64,000 nt of DNA from Spirochaetia bacterium (lineage in GTDB: Bacteria > Spirochaetota > Spirochaetia > SP-2023), in assembly GCA_965225855.1 (NCBI GenBank), contig CBDDCK010000005.1, positions 320,001 through 384,000 of the forward strand, written 5' to 3'. Positions 41,918 to 51,467 of the stretch are shown here, one piece after another. The translations under genes and the position numbers were made by a program. Position 1 is the stretch's first letter. Each line of letters starts with the position of its first letter. Under the pieces are notes generated by a model. It was not told where the DNA came from. It ran no database searches and was given only the letters and a program-made list of their open reading frames with translations.

Positions 41918-43753
41918 ATGGGGAAAATATCTCGCTTAATTATTGTCCTGTTGAGCCTTGCTTTAGCTTTATGGGGTTTGTATCCAAGTATTTGGTGGTA
42001 TCTTATTTCCACAGAAGAGCAGCAGCAGTTTGCGAATATGACAAGCACAACGTTAGCAGAAGAGTTGCGCTTGCAATCTGAAAAAGACATGTTTGAGTTT
42101 CAAAAACTCTCATCAAAAGATCAAGATGCTCTAGCTGAAAATATTTTACCGCCAGAATTGGGTTATATCTTAACTGTAGCCAAGCGGTATCAAAAAAAAT
42201 ATCGCGATGTTGAAAAGCCTGATACTTGGTCTTTAGCTGCCATCGGTTTGCTTTTTGGCGGCGATAAAGACGGTAAAGAGTTGATGCGCAGTAGTTTAGA
42301 AGATTATCTTTTGGAGCAAATATTGGTTTACCGCAGTCGCAAAAATCGTTCACTGCGCTTAGGTTTAGATTTGAATGGTGGCCAAAGTGTTACGGTTCGT
42401 CCAAATTCAGCTGAATTTGAGGCAGAAATTGCCCAGATGCAAGCAGAAAGTATTGGTCAAAGTCGGCAAAATATTGAGCAATATTTGAGGGAACGTATTA
42501 TTACTTCGCTACAAAATCGCGTTGACCAGTTTGGCTTGACAGAGCCGGATATTTTTCTGTATCAAGATGGGCGCATTGAAATTGTTATCCCCAGTCAAAA
42601 TAAAAATAAAAATAGCACCGATACAGGCGTTATTGATAGTTTATTGCAAGTAAAGGGTAGTTTGGAATTCCACTTGGTCAATGAGCCGGATACGGATAAA
42701 TTGAGTAGCCATTTAAATGCCAATCCTTCTGAATCCCGTGAGCTTTCGGAAACGGGAGAGCTGAAAAATTACAATTTGGCAGCAGGTCAAGTGATTCGTG
42801 GTTTTTATGAGAAAGATAAATTTGGCATGGATCGTTTGCGCGGTTATTTGGTTTTGGAATCCGATGTTTTGCTTGATGGAGAAAATATTACCAATGCTCA
42901 AATGACCAAAAATCGTGTGGGTCAATGGGAAATCAATTATAACTTGAATCAAGATGGTGCGGCCAAGCAGCAAAAAATCTTTACCAATAATAGTGGTCGC
43001 TTGATGGCCATAGTTTTGGATAAACGCGTATTTTCTTATGCTCGGATTAGCGAAAATGTGGGAAGTGGTTCCTACAGTGGTGGCCGCATTAAGGGGCGTT
43101 TTAGTGATCAAGAAGCAAAAAATTTGGTCAATGTTTTAAATTCAGGTAATTTGCCCGTGTCTTTAGATATTGACTCCCAACGAGTGGTTGGTGCCTCTTT
43201 GGGCGAACAAAGTATTCGTTCCGGTTTGATTGGGATTGCCGTTGGGCTTTTGGTTGTCATTTTATTTATGGCAATTTACTATCGTTCTGCAGGCCTTGTG
43301 GCAGACCTTGCTCTAATTTTGAATTTATTATTTCTGGTGGCAATTTTAGCTACGATGAATAGTACTCTTACATTGACGGGCATAGCGGGTATTATTTTGA
43401 CTATCGGTATGTCTGTTGATGCAAATGTGATTATTTATGAACGAATAAAAGAAGAGCTGCTTTCGGTGAAAAGTCGCCGTGCTGCAATTGAAGTTGGTTT
43501 TTCCAGAGCGTTCTGGACTATTATAGACTCGAATTTAACCACTGGTATTGCAGCAATTTGTTTGGCCTTATTTGGAAATGGTGGAGTTCAAGGGTTTGCC
43601 ATCACCTTAGCTTGGGGTATTGTTTGTTCTTTGTTTACTGCTTTATTTGTGGCTCGTTTGATTTTTGATTTTAATACCGATGTACTGAAAATAAGTAAGC
43701 TGGCAATTATGTGGCGTAAAGTTGATTCCCAGCGAGAGCTTAGAGGGTTCTAA
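41918..43753 (+). CDS. secD: Protein translocase subunit SecD
   Basis: LGLDLNGG, NRVDQFGLTEP, VGASLG, GMSVDANVIIYERIKEE, IIDSNLTT. Confidence 0.97.
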   Translation: MGKISRLIIVLLSLALALWGLYPSIWWYLISTEEQQQFANMTSTTLAEELRLQSEKDMFEFQKLSSKDQDALAENILPPELGYILTVAKRYQKKYRDVEKPDTWSLAAIGLLFGGDKDGKELMRSSLEDYLLEQILVYRSRKNRSLRLGLDLNGGQSVTVRPNSAEFEAEIAQMQAESIGQSRQNIEQYLRERIITSLQNRVDQFGLTEPDIFLYQDGRIEIVIPSQNKNKNSTDTGVIDSLLQVKGSLEFHLVNEPDTDKLSSHLNANPSESRELSETGELKNYNLAAGQVIRGFYEKDKFGMDRLRGYLVLESDVLLDGENITNAQMTKNRVGQWEINYNLNQDGAAKQQKIFTNNSGRLMAIVLDKRVFSYARISENVGSGSYSGGRIKGRFSDQEAKNLVNVLNSGNLPVSLDIDSQRVVGASLGEQSIRSGLIGIAVGLLVVILFMAIYYRSAGLVADLALILNLLFLVAILATMNSTLTLTGIAGIILTIGMSVDANVIIYERIKEELLSVKSRRAAIEVGFSRAFWTIIDSNLTTGIAAICLALFGNGGVQGFAITLAWGIVCSLFTALFVARLIFDFNTDVLKISKLAIMWRKVDSQRELRGF

Positions 43754-43756
43754 GGT

Positions 43757-44818
43757 ATGCTCATTCGTTTTACTAAGTATAACAAATTGTTTTTTGCTCT
43801 TTCTGCAAGCTTAATTTTATTGTTATCTGTATTAACTTTTGTCCGTGGTGGTTTTAATTTTAGTATCGATTTTCGTTCTGGCATGATTTTTACGGTTCTC
43901 TCTGATTTTGAAGAGCGTGAATTAGAAGAAAAAATTTCACCATTATTTGGTAAGTCATTTCATTTGCAGAGTTTAGTTGATAAGGCTTTGTATGGGGACA
44001 AGCGTTATTCATTAAAGCTTGTTGGTGAATCCGATAATATTACTTTTTTTGAAAAAGAAGCGCGCAACAAAATAGCGGGTTTAAGTGGTGTTACCATTGA
44101 AGGTTCTGATTTGGTGAGTCCCACGCAATCGGCTTATTTGCGCTGGCAAACTTGGGTTTTAACTTTTTTTGTTTTGGTTTTGATTTTGCTGTATATTTGG
44201 TATCGTTTCCAATTGCGCTATGCCGTTGCTGCTATTATTGCTTTGCTTCATGATTCGCTGATTTTGGTTGGGGTTATCGGGGTATTCGAGTTGGATTTTT
44301 CTAGCACGACAATTGCTGCGATTTTGACGGTAATCGGTTATTCGCTAAATGATACAATTGTTGTTTTCGACCGCATTCGGGAAAACCGTGAAACTATGCA
44401 CACAAGTAATTTAGAGGATATTATTGATTATTCGGTAACTGCAACCCTTAGCCGTACTTTGATAACCAGTTTAACTACGCTATTAGCGGTTGTGGCTATT
44501 TACTTTTTTGCTTATGGTTCTGTGCAATTATTTGCTTTAAAGCTTATTATTGGTGTGGTGGTCGGAACGTATTCTTCGATTTATATCGCTTCGTCTTTGG
44601 TTTTGTTTTTTGATTTGCGGCATCGCAGAGTGATTGAAAATAGTAATATTGGTAATAATAAAGCTAAAGTTGCTGTAAATAACGGCTATATGTCTTTAAA
44701 TGTGGTTAAAAAAATCGAATCTGGGCCCGCAGTGAGACAACAGAGTGCTGAAGAGATTCGTTTGGCTACAGAAGCCAAAAAACGCAAAAAAGAAGCAAAA
44801 CGCAAGAAAAAGAAATAG
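43757..44818 (+). CDS. secF: Protein translocase subunit SecF
   Basis: FSIDFRSG, ALLHD, GYSLNDTIVVFDRIRE, TLSRTLITS, GTYSSIYIA. Confidence 0.97.
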   Translation: MLIRFTKYNKLFFALSASLILLLSVLTFVRGGFNFSIDFRSGMIFTVLSDFEERELEEKISPLFGKSFHLQSLVDKALYGDKRYSLKLVGESDNITFFEKEARNKIAGLSGVTIEGSDLVSPTQSAYLRWQTWVLTFFVLVLILLYIWYRFQLRYAVAAIIALLHDSLILVGVIGVFELDFSSTTIAAILTVIGYSLNDTIVVFDRIRENRETMHTSNLEDIIDYSVTATLSRTLITSLTTLLAVVAIYFFAYGSVQLFALKLIIGVVVGTYSSIYIASSLVLFFDLRHRRVIENSNIGNNKAKVAVNNGYMSLNVVKKIESGPAVRQQSAEEIRLATEAKKRKKEAKRKKKK

Positions 44819-44833
44819 GGCGGAGTTGAATTG

Positions 44834-45706
44834 ATGGAAATTGTCCGGGCTGAAGTTCTTGGTTTTTGTGGTGGCGTGAAGCGTGCAATTATTCTTGCAG
44901 AGCAAGAGCTTCGTAAGAATGCGAGCAAATCTAAATTTCGGCTTGAAACGGTTGGGGATTTGATTCACAATAAACGTGAAATTGAGCGTTTGGAAGATTT
45001 GGGCCTGCATTCGGTAGATGATGTGTCTGAAGTTCGTGATGGTTCTATGGTTTTGATTCGGGCTCATGGTGCATTGAAAAGTGATTATGATGCTTTGAAA
45101 AATCGCAAAGTCGGTATTTTGGAAGGGATATGTCCTCTGGTGCGTGATATTCGCAATAAGATTGTTAGCTACTCGCAGCAAGGTTATTTTGTTTTACTAA
45201 CAGGAAACGCCGATCATTCAGAAGTGCGTGGTTTGATTAGTTTTGCCAAGGAAGGCAAAGTGATTGAATCTTTGGAGGAAGCGCATTCCTATACGATCCC
45301 TGCTGAGAAAGAAAAGGTTGTGGTTTTATCCCAAAGTACTTGGAAGCAAGAGACGTTTTTGCAAGTAGCTGAAATTTTAGCAGCAAAGCGTAGCGATATT
45401 TTGATTGAAGATACTGTATGTCAAGCTACATTGGATAGACAAGATGCGCTGCGTAAATTGATTGATGAAGTTGATGCGGTGATTGTTATTGGGGGAAAGC
45501 ACAGTGCAAATACTCAAGAGTTGTATTTGATTGCTGAAGAATCTGGTTTGCCTGTATGGCATTGTGCTGATGAAAATGATTTACCAGAAGAAAACTGGAG
45601 CCAATATCCAAAGATTGGCATATCCGCTGGAGCTTCATCGCCAGAATGGTTAATTAAAAAAATTGAACAAAAGATATTGCTACAGGCAAATTCTGTAGCA
45701 TCTTAG
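44834..45706 (+). CDS. ispH: 4-hydroxy-3-methylbut-2-enyl diphosphate reductase
   Basis: GFCGGVKRA, LIHN, IRAHG, CPLV, HSEV, QST, TVCQATLDRQ, HSANT, GISAGASSP. Confidence 0.95.
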   Translation: MEIVRAEVLGFCGGVKRAIILAEQELRKNASKSKFRLETVGDLIHNKREIERLEDLGLHSVDDVSEVRDGSMVLIRAHGALKSDYDALKNRKVGILEGICPLVRDIRNKIVSYSQQGYFVLLTGNADHSEVRGLISFAKEGKVIESLEEAHSYTIPAEKEKVVVLSQSTWKQETFLQVAEILAAKRSDILIEDTVCQATLDRQDALRKLIDEVDAVIVIGGKHSANTQELYLIAEESGLPVWHCADENDLPEENWSQYPKIGISAGASSPEWLIKKIEQKILLQANSVAS

Positions 45707-45716
45707 GGAGTTTATT

Positions 45717-46457
45717 ATGTATATTATTGCTGGAAATTGGAAACTGAATAAGACGCATGCTGAAGCAAAAGTTTTGGCAGAGGCGTTGGTTGAAGGAACC
45801 GCAAATGCGGAATGTGAAGTGGTTATCGCTCCTTCCTTTGTTGCGTTGGCTGGGGTTGCGCAAGTCATCCGTGGAAGCCATATTAAATTGGCAGCACAAA
45901 ATGTTTCTCAACATTTAGAAGGAGCTTATACTGGAGAAACTTCAGTATTAATGCTTAAAGAATTGGGTGTAGAATACGTTATTCTGGGGCATTCTGAGCG
46001 TCGCCAGTACTATGGTGAGACCAATCAAATTATCAATGCAAAAGTGAAAACTGTGTTAGCTCAAAGTTTAAAGCCGATTTTGTGTATAGGTGAATTATTG
46101 GAAGAGCGTGAAACTGGCAAGGCTATTTCTGTTTGCCATAAACAATTAGAAGAATCATTAAAGGATGTTTCTATGCAAGACATGGCTCATGTTGTGATTG
46201 CCTATGAGCCAGTTTGGGCAATTGGTACAGGGAAAACGGCTAGTCCCGAAAATGCCAATGAAATTCATATGGCTTGTCGTAAAAAATTAGCAGAGCTATA
46301 TTCTATCGAATTTGCTGCTAAGATTGTTATCCAATATGGCGGTTCGGTCAAACCGGATAATGTTAAAGCTTTAATGGCACAAAGTGATATTGACGGTGCA
46401 TTAGTAGGTAGCGCATCTTTGCAAGCAAATTCTTTTGCTGCTTTGACTAAATTTTAG
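45717..46457 (+). CDS. tpiA: Triosephosphate isomerase
   Basis: AGNWK, GAYTGE, LGHSERR, AYEPVWAIGTG, YGGSVKP, DGALVG. Confidence 0.98.
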   Translation: MYIIAGNWKLNKTHAEAKVLAEALVEGTANAECEVVIAPSFVALAGVAQVIRGSHIKLAAQNVSQHLEGAYTGETSVLMLKELGVEYVILGHSERRQYYGETNQIINAKVKTVLAQSLKPILCIGELLEERETGKAISVCHKQLEESLKDVSMQDMAHVVIAYEPVWAIGTGKTASPENANEIHMACRKKLAELYSIEFAAKIVIQYGGSVKPDNVKALMAQSDIDGALVGSASLQANSFAALTKF

Positions 46458-46480
46458 CTTCCATTTACATGGAAGTTTTG
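46457..46480 (+). terminator. Short hairpin after tpiA
   Basis: gcttccat-ttac-atggaagt-ttt. Confidence 0.5.
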
Positions 46481-46531
46481 TAGGCTTGGCTTGCAGAATT
46501 TGATTTTTAATAATTGCCAGGAAATGTAGAT

Positions 46532-46975
46532 ATGGGAACTTTATTGACAATTTTGATTACTTTGCTGGTTATTGCGGCTATAATAAGCATTTTGCTTATT
46601 TTGTTGCAAGATGAACAGGGTAGCGGAATGGGTTTATTTGGTAGTAATGGTCAAAGCTCGTTTAGCACGGGTGATAGTTTTTTGGATAAACTAACAAGAA
46701 TTTTTGGGATTTCATTTCTGGTATTATGCCTAGCTGTAGCCTTTGTTATTAGTCGTTTTGGTGTGAATTATGAAGCATTGCAAGATGCTCAAAATGAATT
46801 TAACCAACAAAATCAGAGCAAAGAAGAATCTTGGTTTCTCAAAGAGCCGGAAACGGAGATTCGTAAAACAGATTTTGAAACTAGTACTACCAAAGTTGAA
46901 AATGAAGAACATACTGCAGAGTTATCTGCTTTTGATTCTCAAGAATCTGAACAGAAGGAATTGGAAAAAAACTGA
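46532..46975 (+). CDS. secG: Preprotein translocase subunit SecG with acidic tail
   Basis: Follows tpiA. TM1-LLQDEQGSGMGLFG-..FLDKLT-TM2. Confidence 0.88.
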   Translation: MGTLLTILITLLVIAAIISILLILLQDEQGSGMGLFGSNGQSSFSTGDSFLDKLTRIFGISFLVLCLAVAFVISRFGVNYEALQDAQNEFNQQNQSKEESWFLKEPETEIRKTDFETSTTKVENEEHTAELSAFDSQESEQKELEKN

Positions 46976-47179
46976 TTTAGCTGTAGCCTCAGAAACAATA
47001 TAGAAACTGCAAAGCCTGTGCAATAAGTTATTGATGTTCCAGCTCCAGAAGAACCTGTGGAAGTAGAGGCAACTGCTGTTGATGATACTGCGAATGTCAA
47101 AAAAATAATGTATTATATTTGAAATTTATAAAAATAGGTTTCGCTTTTTTATAGAGATTTTTATCTGTTTGGGGTTTAT

Positions 47180-47587
47180 ATGCGCGTAGTTGTAGTGTAC
47201 TTTGGTAGCAGTAACAAATTTATTGGCATAGCGAAAGCGTATGTTGAAGGTGTTTCCCGTCAGGGGCATGATGTTACATTGATTAATGGTTTGAAAGATA
47301 GTGCAAATTTGTTTGTTTATGATTATCTAATCTTAGGCACAGAGCCATTACAACGACTTTCAGGGAGAATAAATATAGCAGCGCAACACAGCTTAAAAAA
47401 TTTGGGCAACCTTCAAGCAAAACCAGCATATGCATTTTTGTTAAAAAAAGGCTTCTTCGCTAATAAAAGTTTGCAATTATGGATGAAATGGCTAGAATCT
47501 TGTGGTTTAGTGCTAATGCTCTCTGATATTGTTGTCAAAGAAAATGAGGCTAGATTGATCGGGGAGCGAATTAATATTTGTAAATAA
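47180..47587 (+). CDS. Flavodoxin-like hypothetical protein
   Basis: MRVVVVY..IAKAY..G..QGHDVTLI..YDYLILGTE alpha/beta pattern. Confidence 0.6.
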   Translation: MRVVVVYFGSSNKFIGIAKAYVEGVSRQGHDVTLINGLKDSANLFVYDYLILGTEPLQRLSGRINIAAQHSLKNLGNLQAKPAYAFLLKKGFFANKSLQLWMKWLESCGLVLMLSDIVVKENEARLIGERINICK

Positions 47588-47624
47588 AACCTTGTTCTAA
47601 TTTTTTGTTTTTATAGGATTTAAT

Positions 47625-48713
47625 ATGATTTTAATTAAATTGAATAGCATCGTTAATCATTTTAGATTTTGCAACTTATTTTTTATATGCTCCTTTTTAT
47701 TATTTTTGGGGCAGCTACAGAGCTTATTTGGCCAAAAGGATACTGATATTTTGGCTACGGTTCGGCTAACCAAGACACAAGTAATTTTGGGTAAAGAATT
47801 TAATAATGTAGTTCAGCGATTGCAAGAATTGCGCAGAGCACAGCCTTTGAGCAATGATGATAAAAAAGAAATCCTTGAGTCTTTAATTAATAATCATTTG
47901 GTTTTACAAGCTGCAGAGCGAGATAATATATCGGTGAGCGATAGTGAAGTGGATAATTTTGCCTTGCAAATGGTTTCGCAGCAGGCAGGTAAGCAGCTCA
48001 ATAAAGCAGAGATGCGCAAACTACTGGAAGAAGAAGGGGTTGTCTACCAAGATTTTCTCAATAATGCCCGTAATAGCATTATCATTCGTCGTTTCGTACA
48101 AAAGAAATATGGCTCTAAATTAAAATCTATTGCTAGACCTTCGGATAAAGATATAGAGGAGGCTTATAATGAGAATCTACAACAATTTGTTCATAAAGAC
48201 ATGATTCGTTTTAGACAAATTTTGGTACAATTCAAACAAAACGATCAGATTACTAAAGCAGAAAGCAGGAATAAAGCAAGAGATTTGTTGCAACGTGTTC
48301 AGACCAAAGGGGATACAATTTCAGAATTGGCACCGCTATATTCCGATGATCCACAATCGAAAGCTCGTGGTGGAGATGTGAGTTATATTCCTAAAGGTTT
48401 GGAACAATTAGAAAATGTTTTTGGTAAGGCTTTTTTTGATAATTTATTTGCTTTAAAGGAAGGCCAAATTACTATGTTAGAATCGAATGTCGGTTATCAT
48501 ATAGTAGAAATTATTGATATTAGGGAGGCAGGGCTTTATAAACTCGATTCGGAAATTCTCGGTAAGAAAGGTATTACGGTAAAAAGCTATGTGCGCAATA
48601 TGTTAGTACAGCAGAGGCAAGCCAAGCGGTTAGAAGAATTGGTTAGCCAATACATGAAAGAATTGCGCAATCAAGCTTCCATAAAAATATTATATAAAGC
48701 TTTACGGAAATAA
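47625..48713 (+). CDS. SurA/PrsA-like parvulin peptidyl-prolyl isomerase
   Basis: Signal peptide, LESLINNHLVLQAAERDNISVSDSEVD, RQIL, LAPLYSDDPQSKARGGDV, ESNVGYHIV. Confidence 0.85.
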   Translation: MILIKLNSIVNHFRFCNLFFICSFLLFLGQLQSLFGQKDTDILATVRLTKTQVILGKEFNNVVQRLQELRRAQPLSNDDKKEILESLINNHLVLQAAERDNISVSDSEVDNFALQMVSQQAGKQLNKAEMRKLLEEEGVVYQDFLNNARNSIIIRRFVQKKYGSKLKSIARPSDKDIEEAYNENLQQFVHKDMIRFRQILVQFKQNDQITKAESRNKARDLLQRVQTKGDTISELAPLYSDDPQSKARGGDVSYIPKGLEQLENVFGKAFFDNLFALKEGQITMLESNVGYHIVEIIDIREAGLYKLDSEILGKKGITVKSYVRNMLVQQRQAKRLEELVSQYMKELRNQASIKILYKALRK

Positions 48714-48753
48714 TGAAAACATCAGCGGGGAATAAAAGGCCGTCTGAAAAAAT

Positions 48754-49224
48754 ATGAATAATCGAAAGTTGCAACGACGTGCAAGAATATTGGCCTTACA
48801 AGCTTTGTATGCAGAAGAACAGCAAATTCTCTCTCAAAGAAATAATTCGCAACATGAACAACGATCGTTGAATGATGTTTTAAAATTTTCTTGGTTGGAT
48901 CGAGAGGCTAGCCAAGAAGAATTATTTATGGCTAGGGCTCTTGTGCAAGGTATTCGCCAAAATTTAGAAAAAATCGATCATCTGATTGCCGAATATCTAG
49001 AAAATTGGACAATTGACCGATTGTTGATTATCGATCGATTAATTTTACTACTAGGTATTTACATGTTAGAATACTTGCTCGATACGCCGAGTAGAGTTAT
49101 TATTGATGAATGTATTGAACTGTGCCATTGTTTCTCCAGCAAAGATTCTTATCGCCTAATAAATGGTATTTTGCATAAGGTAGCAAAGGAACTTCGGCAA
49201 ATCAATTCTTGCGATGAAAATTAG
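48754..49224 (+). CDS. nusB: Transcription antitermination factor NusB
   Basis: RRARILALQALY, NWTIDRL..IDRLIL, VIIDECIEL, LINGILHKV. Confidence 0.95.
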   Translation: MNNRKLQRRARILALQALYAEEQQILSQRNNSQHEQRSLNDVLKFSWLDREASQEELFMARALVQGIRQNLEKIDHLIAEYLENWTIDRLLIIDRLILLLGIYMLEYLLDTPSRVIIDECIELCHCFSSKDSYRLINGILHKVAKELRQINSCDEN

Positions 49225-49300
49225 GGATAACGATTATTTTTCTTAGGCTACGATGAAAAAGATCAAAAAATCGTAAGATGATGATCGAATATAATAAAAA

Positions 49301-51418
49301 GTGCCCATCGTGCCAGATATTTTTGGGCACTTTAAAAAATATGTTGCTATGAACATTGACAAGGGGGTATGTGATTTGGCAAGCAAAAGGCAAAAAAATA
49401 CAGCCTCGCGGATGAGAAAAGAAATCGTTAAGGATAAAAGAGAGGGCTTGCAAGAACGTATATATAAAAGTAAAACAGTTATGGCATCTACAGCTTTTGT
49501 TGTCTTTTTATTGCTTGTCAGCTTTTTACTGGTATTTTTGGTTTTTCGTGATAACCGGAGTTTTGAAGTTATGCTGCAAGAACTTGACCAACTCCAAAAA
49601 ATAAATACCCCTACATTGAGGCAATATCAAAATATTGTCAATAAAGCCAAAAATGAGCGCGATTATTTGCGTATCCTCAAGCGTGTCTATCAAATCAAAG
49701 ATCAAGAACTGCAAAACCAATATTTGATTGATGTTACACAGAGGGCTCTCAAAAAAATACCAGATAGTGAAAATATTTTAGCACATCAGGTCTCTGCTTT
49801 ACTTGAAAATGATATGTTTAACAAAGCTTTTTTGGCTGCTGCAAATCTGCAAAGCAGCCGTTATTTGTCGATAAAAGGTGAAATTCTCGTACGTAGTTTG
49901 GTGCGGGCACGTCAAGAAAATGGTGCTCCAATTCCTGAATCGGAATCAGAATTGGAAATAGAGAAAATGAGTATTTCGGAAGTATTAGATTCTTCGCCTT
50001 ATAGTGCTGCTATGTATATCAATTTAGCGCGGTTATTAAATCAACCGCGTTTTGCTTGGAATGCAGCTTTAATTTATATGTTCAGTGGAGAAAAAAATAA
50101 GGCTTTAAATCTGATTAGAGAATTAAAATCTTTCTTTTGGTTGAATACATTTGCAGCCGGTTTAATAGCCTATGATAACCAAGATTGGGAATTGGTTGCA
50201 TCTTTGTTGGAGCGAGAAGTTGAACAGGCGGGCAATAATCTAAATGTAAAAACGCTGCAATACCTCGGAGATGCCTATGCTTTTTTGGGAAACTATGAAA
50301 AAGTCATAGAAGTATTGAGTTTAGCTAGTGGTTTGAATTCTGATCCGCAAGAAAATTTGTTGTTGCCTAAAGAGCAAGACACAGAATTGCAGCGCATGAT
50401 GAAGAGTCTTGGAACTTGGGAATTGTATTATAACTTAGCTTCGGCCTACCGAATTACAGGAAAAAATGCTCGAGCCTTTGAAGTGTTGCGTTTAGGTCGT
50501 AGTGTTTTTCCGTCTACGAGTGAACTTTTATTGTTGTTAAATATGGTTGCTCCGCCTGATGAAAAACAATATGCCAAAAGTGTGTTGACTGAATTTATTG
50601 CTAAAAACCAAAATGGGCAGCCCTATTTATTGCTTGCTTCATTGATTTTTGAGGAAGATAGGAGCAATCAGCAAAAATTTGGAAGTCGGCTTTGGCAATT
50701 ATTTAGTAAATATCCTGATTATGAACAAATTTTACGCTATCTGTTGTGGTATTACATTGGTTTAAGTCGGATAGAAGATGTTGATTTGGGATTAGAACGC
50801 TACAAGAATTTGGTGTTAGCCCCCCAAAATCAAGACTATACTAATTGGATGAAAGAATATATGGCCATCAATGCTGCATTGGAGAGAGATTTCGATCAGT
50901 CTCAAAAACTGTTTGGTGATTTGATTGCTCAAGAGCCTAGCTGGTTCCGCTATTATAACATGGCCAATGTATATGTTTACCGGAACAATATACCGGAAGC
51001 TGTGCGCCATTTGCAGAAAGCTTTGGAATTTAGCAATAGAGCAAATAAAATTGAGATATACTACCGCATTGCCATGCTTGGAGAAATTGAGAACAAAGAA
51101 TATTTATTGCCAGAACAAATACAGCAGCTTGATAGAATTTTACAAGTTTACGTGGATAATAACTATCGTCTTGATGTAAAAGCCCACAAGCCCCAAAATG
51201 AAATTTTGTCCATGAAGCTGGATAGCCTACTTTTATGGCGAAAATCCCAAGGTAGTGATTTGTTAGATAGCCTATCAGAGAAAAGAAAATCAGACAAGCA
51301 ACAACGAATTAGAGCAGAAGAAGAAACGAAAGCTAGTGAAAACGATTTTTCTCTGTTTAATGCTAGATTTCTGGAAGCTATTCCGCAGCCGATAAATCAA
51401 GGCTTGATCATTCAATAG
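49301..51418 (+). CDS. Membrane-anchored TPR-like protein (start uncertain)
   Basis: One TM segment, then helical repeats (YLGDAYAFLGNYEK, YYNLASAY, YYNMANVY). Confidence 0.7.
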   Translation: MPIVPDIFGHFKKYVAMNIDKGVCDLASKRQKNTASRMRKEIVKDKREGLQERIYKSKTVMASTAFVVFLLLVSFLLVFLVFRDNRSFEVMLQELDQLQKINTPTLRQYQNIVNKAKNERDYLRILKRVYQIKDQELQNQYLIDVTQRALKKIPDSENILAHQVSALLENDMFNKAFLAAANLQSSRYLSIKGEILVRSLVRARQENGAPIPESESELEIEKMSISEVLDSSPYSAAMYINLARLLNQPRFAWNAALIYMFSGEKNKALNLIRELKSFFWLNTFAAGLIAYDNQDWELVASLLEREVEQAGNNLNVKTLQYLGDAYAFLGNYEKVIEVLSLASGLNSDPQENLLLPKEQDTELQRMMKSLGTWELYYNLASAYRITGKNARAFEVLRLGRSVFPSTSELLLLLNMVAPPDEKQYAKSVLTEFIAKNQNGQPYLLLASLIFEEDRSNQQKFGSRLWQLFSKYPDYEQILRYLLWYYIGLSRIEDVDLGLERYKNLVLAPQNQDYTNWMKEYMAINAALERDFDQSQKLFGDLIAQEPSWFRYYNMANVYVYRNNIPEAVRHLQKALEFSNRANKIEIYYRIAMLGEIENKEYLLPEQIQQLDRILQVYVDNNYRLDVKAHKPQNEILSMKLDSLLLWRKSQGSDLLDSLSEKRKSDKQQRIRAEEETKASENDFSLFNARFLEAIPQPINQGLIIQ

Positions 51419-51467
51419 AAAAAACCAAAAGGTTTTTTACGAATTAAGATAAATACAGCGAAATACA

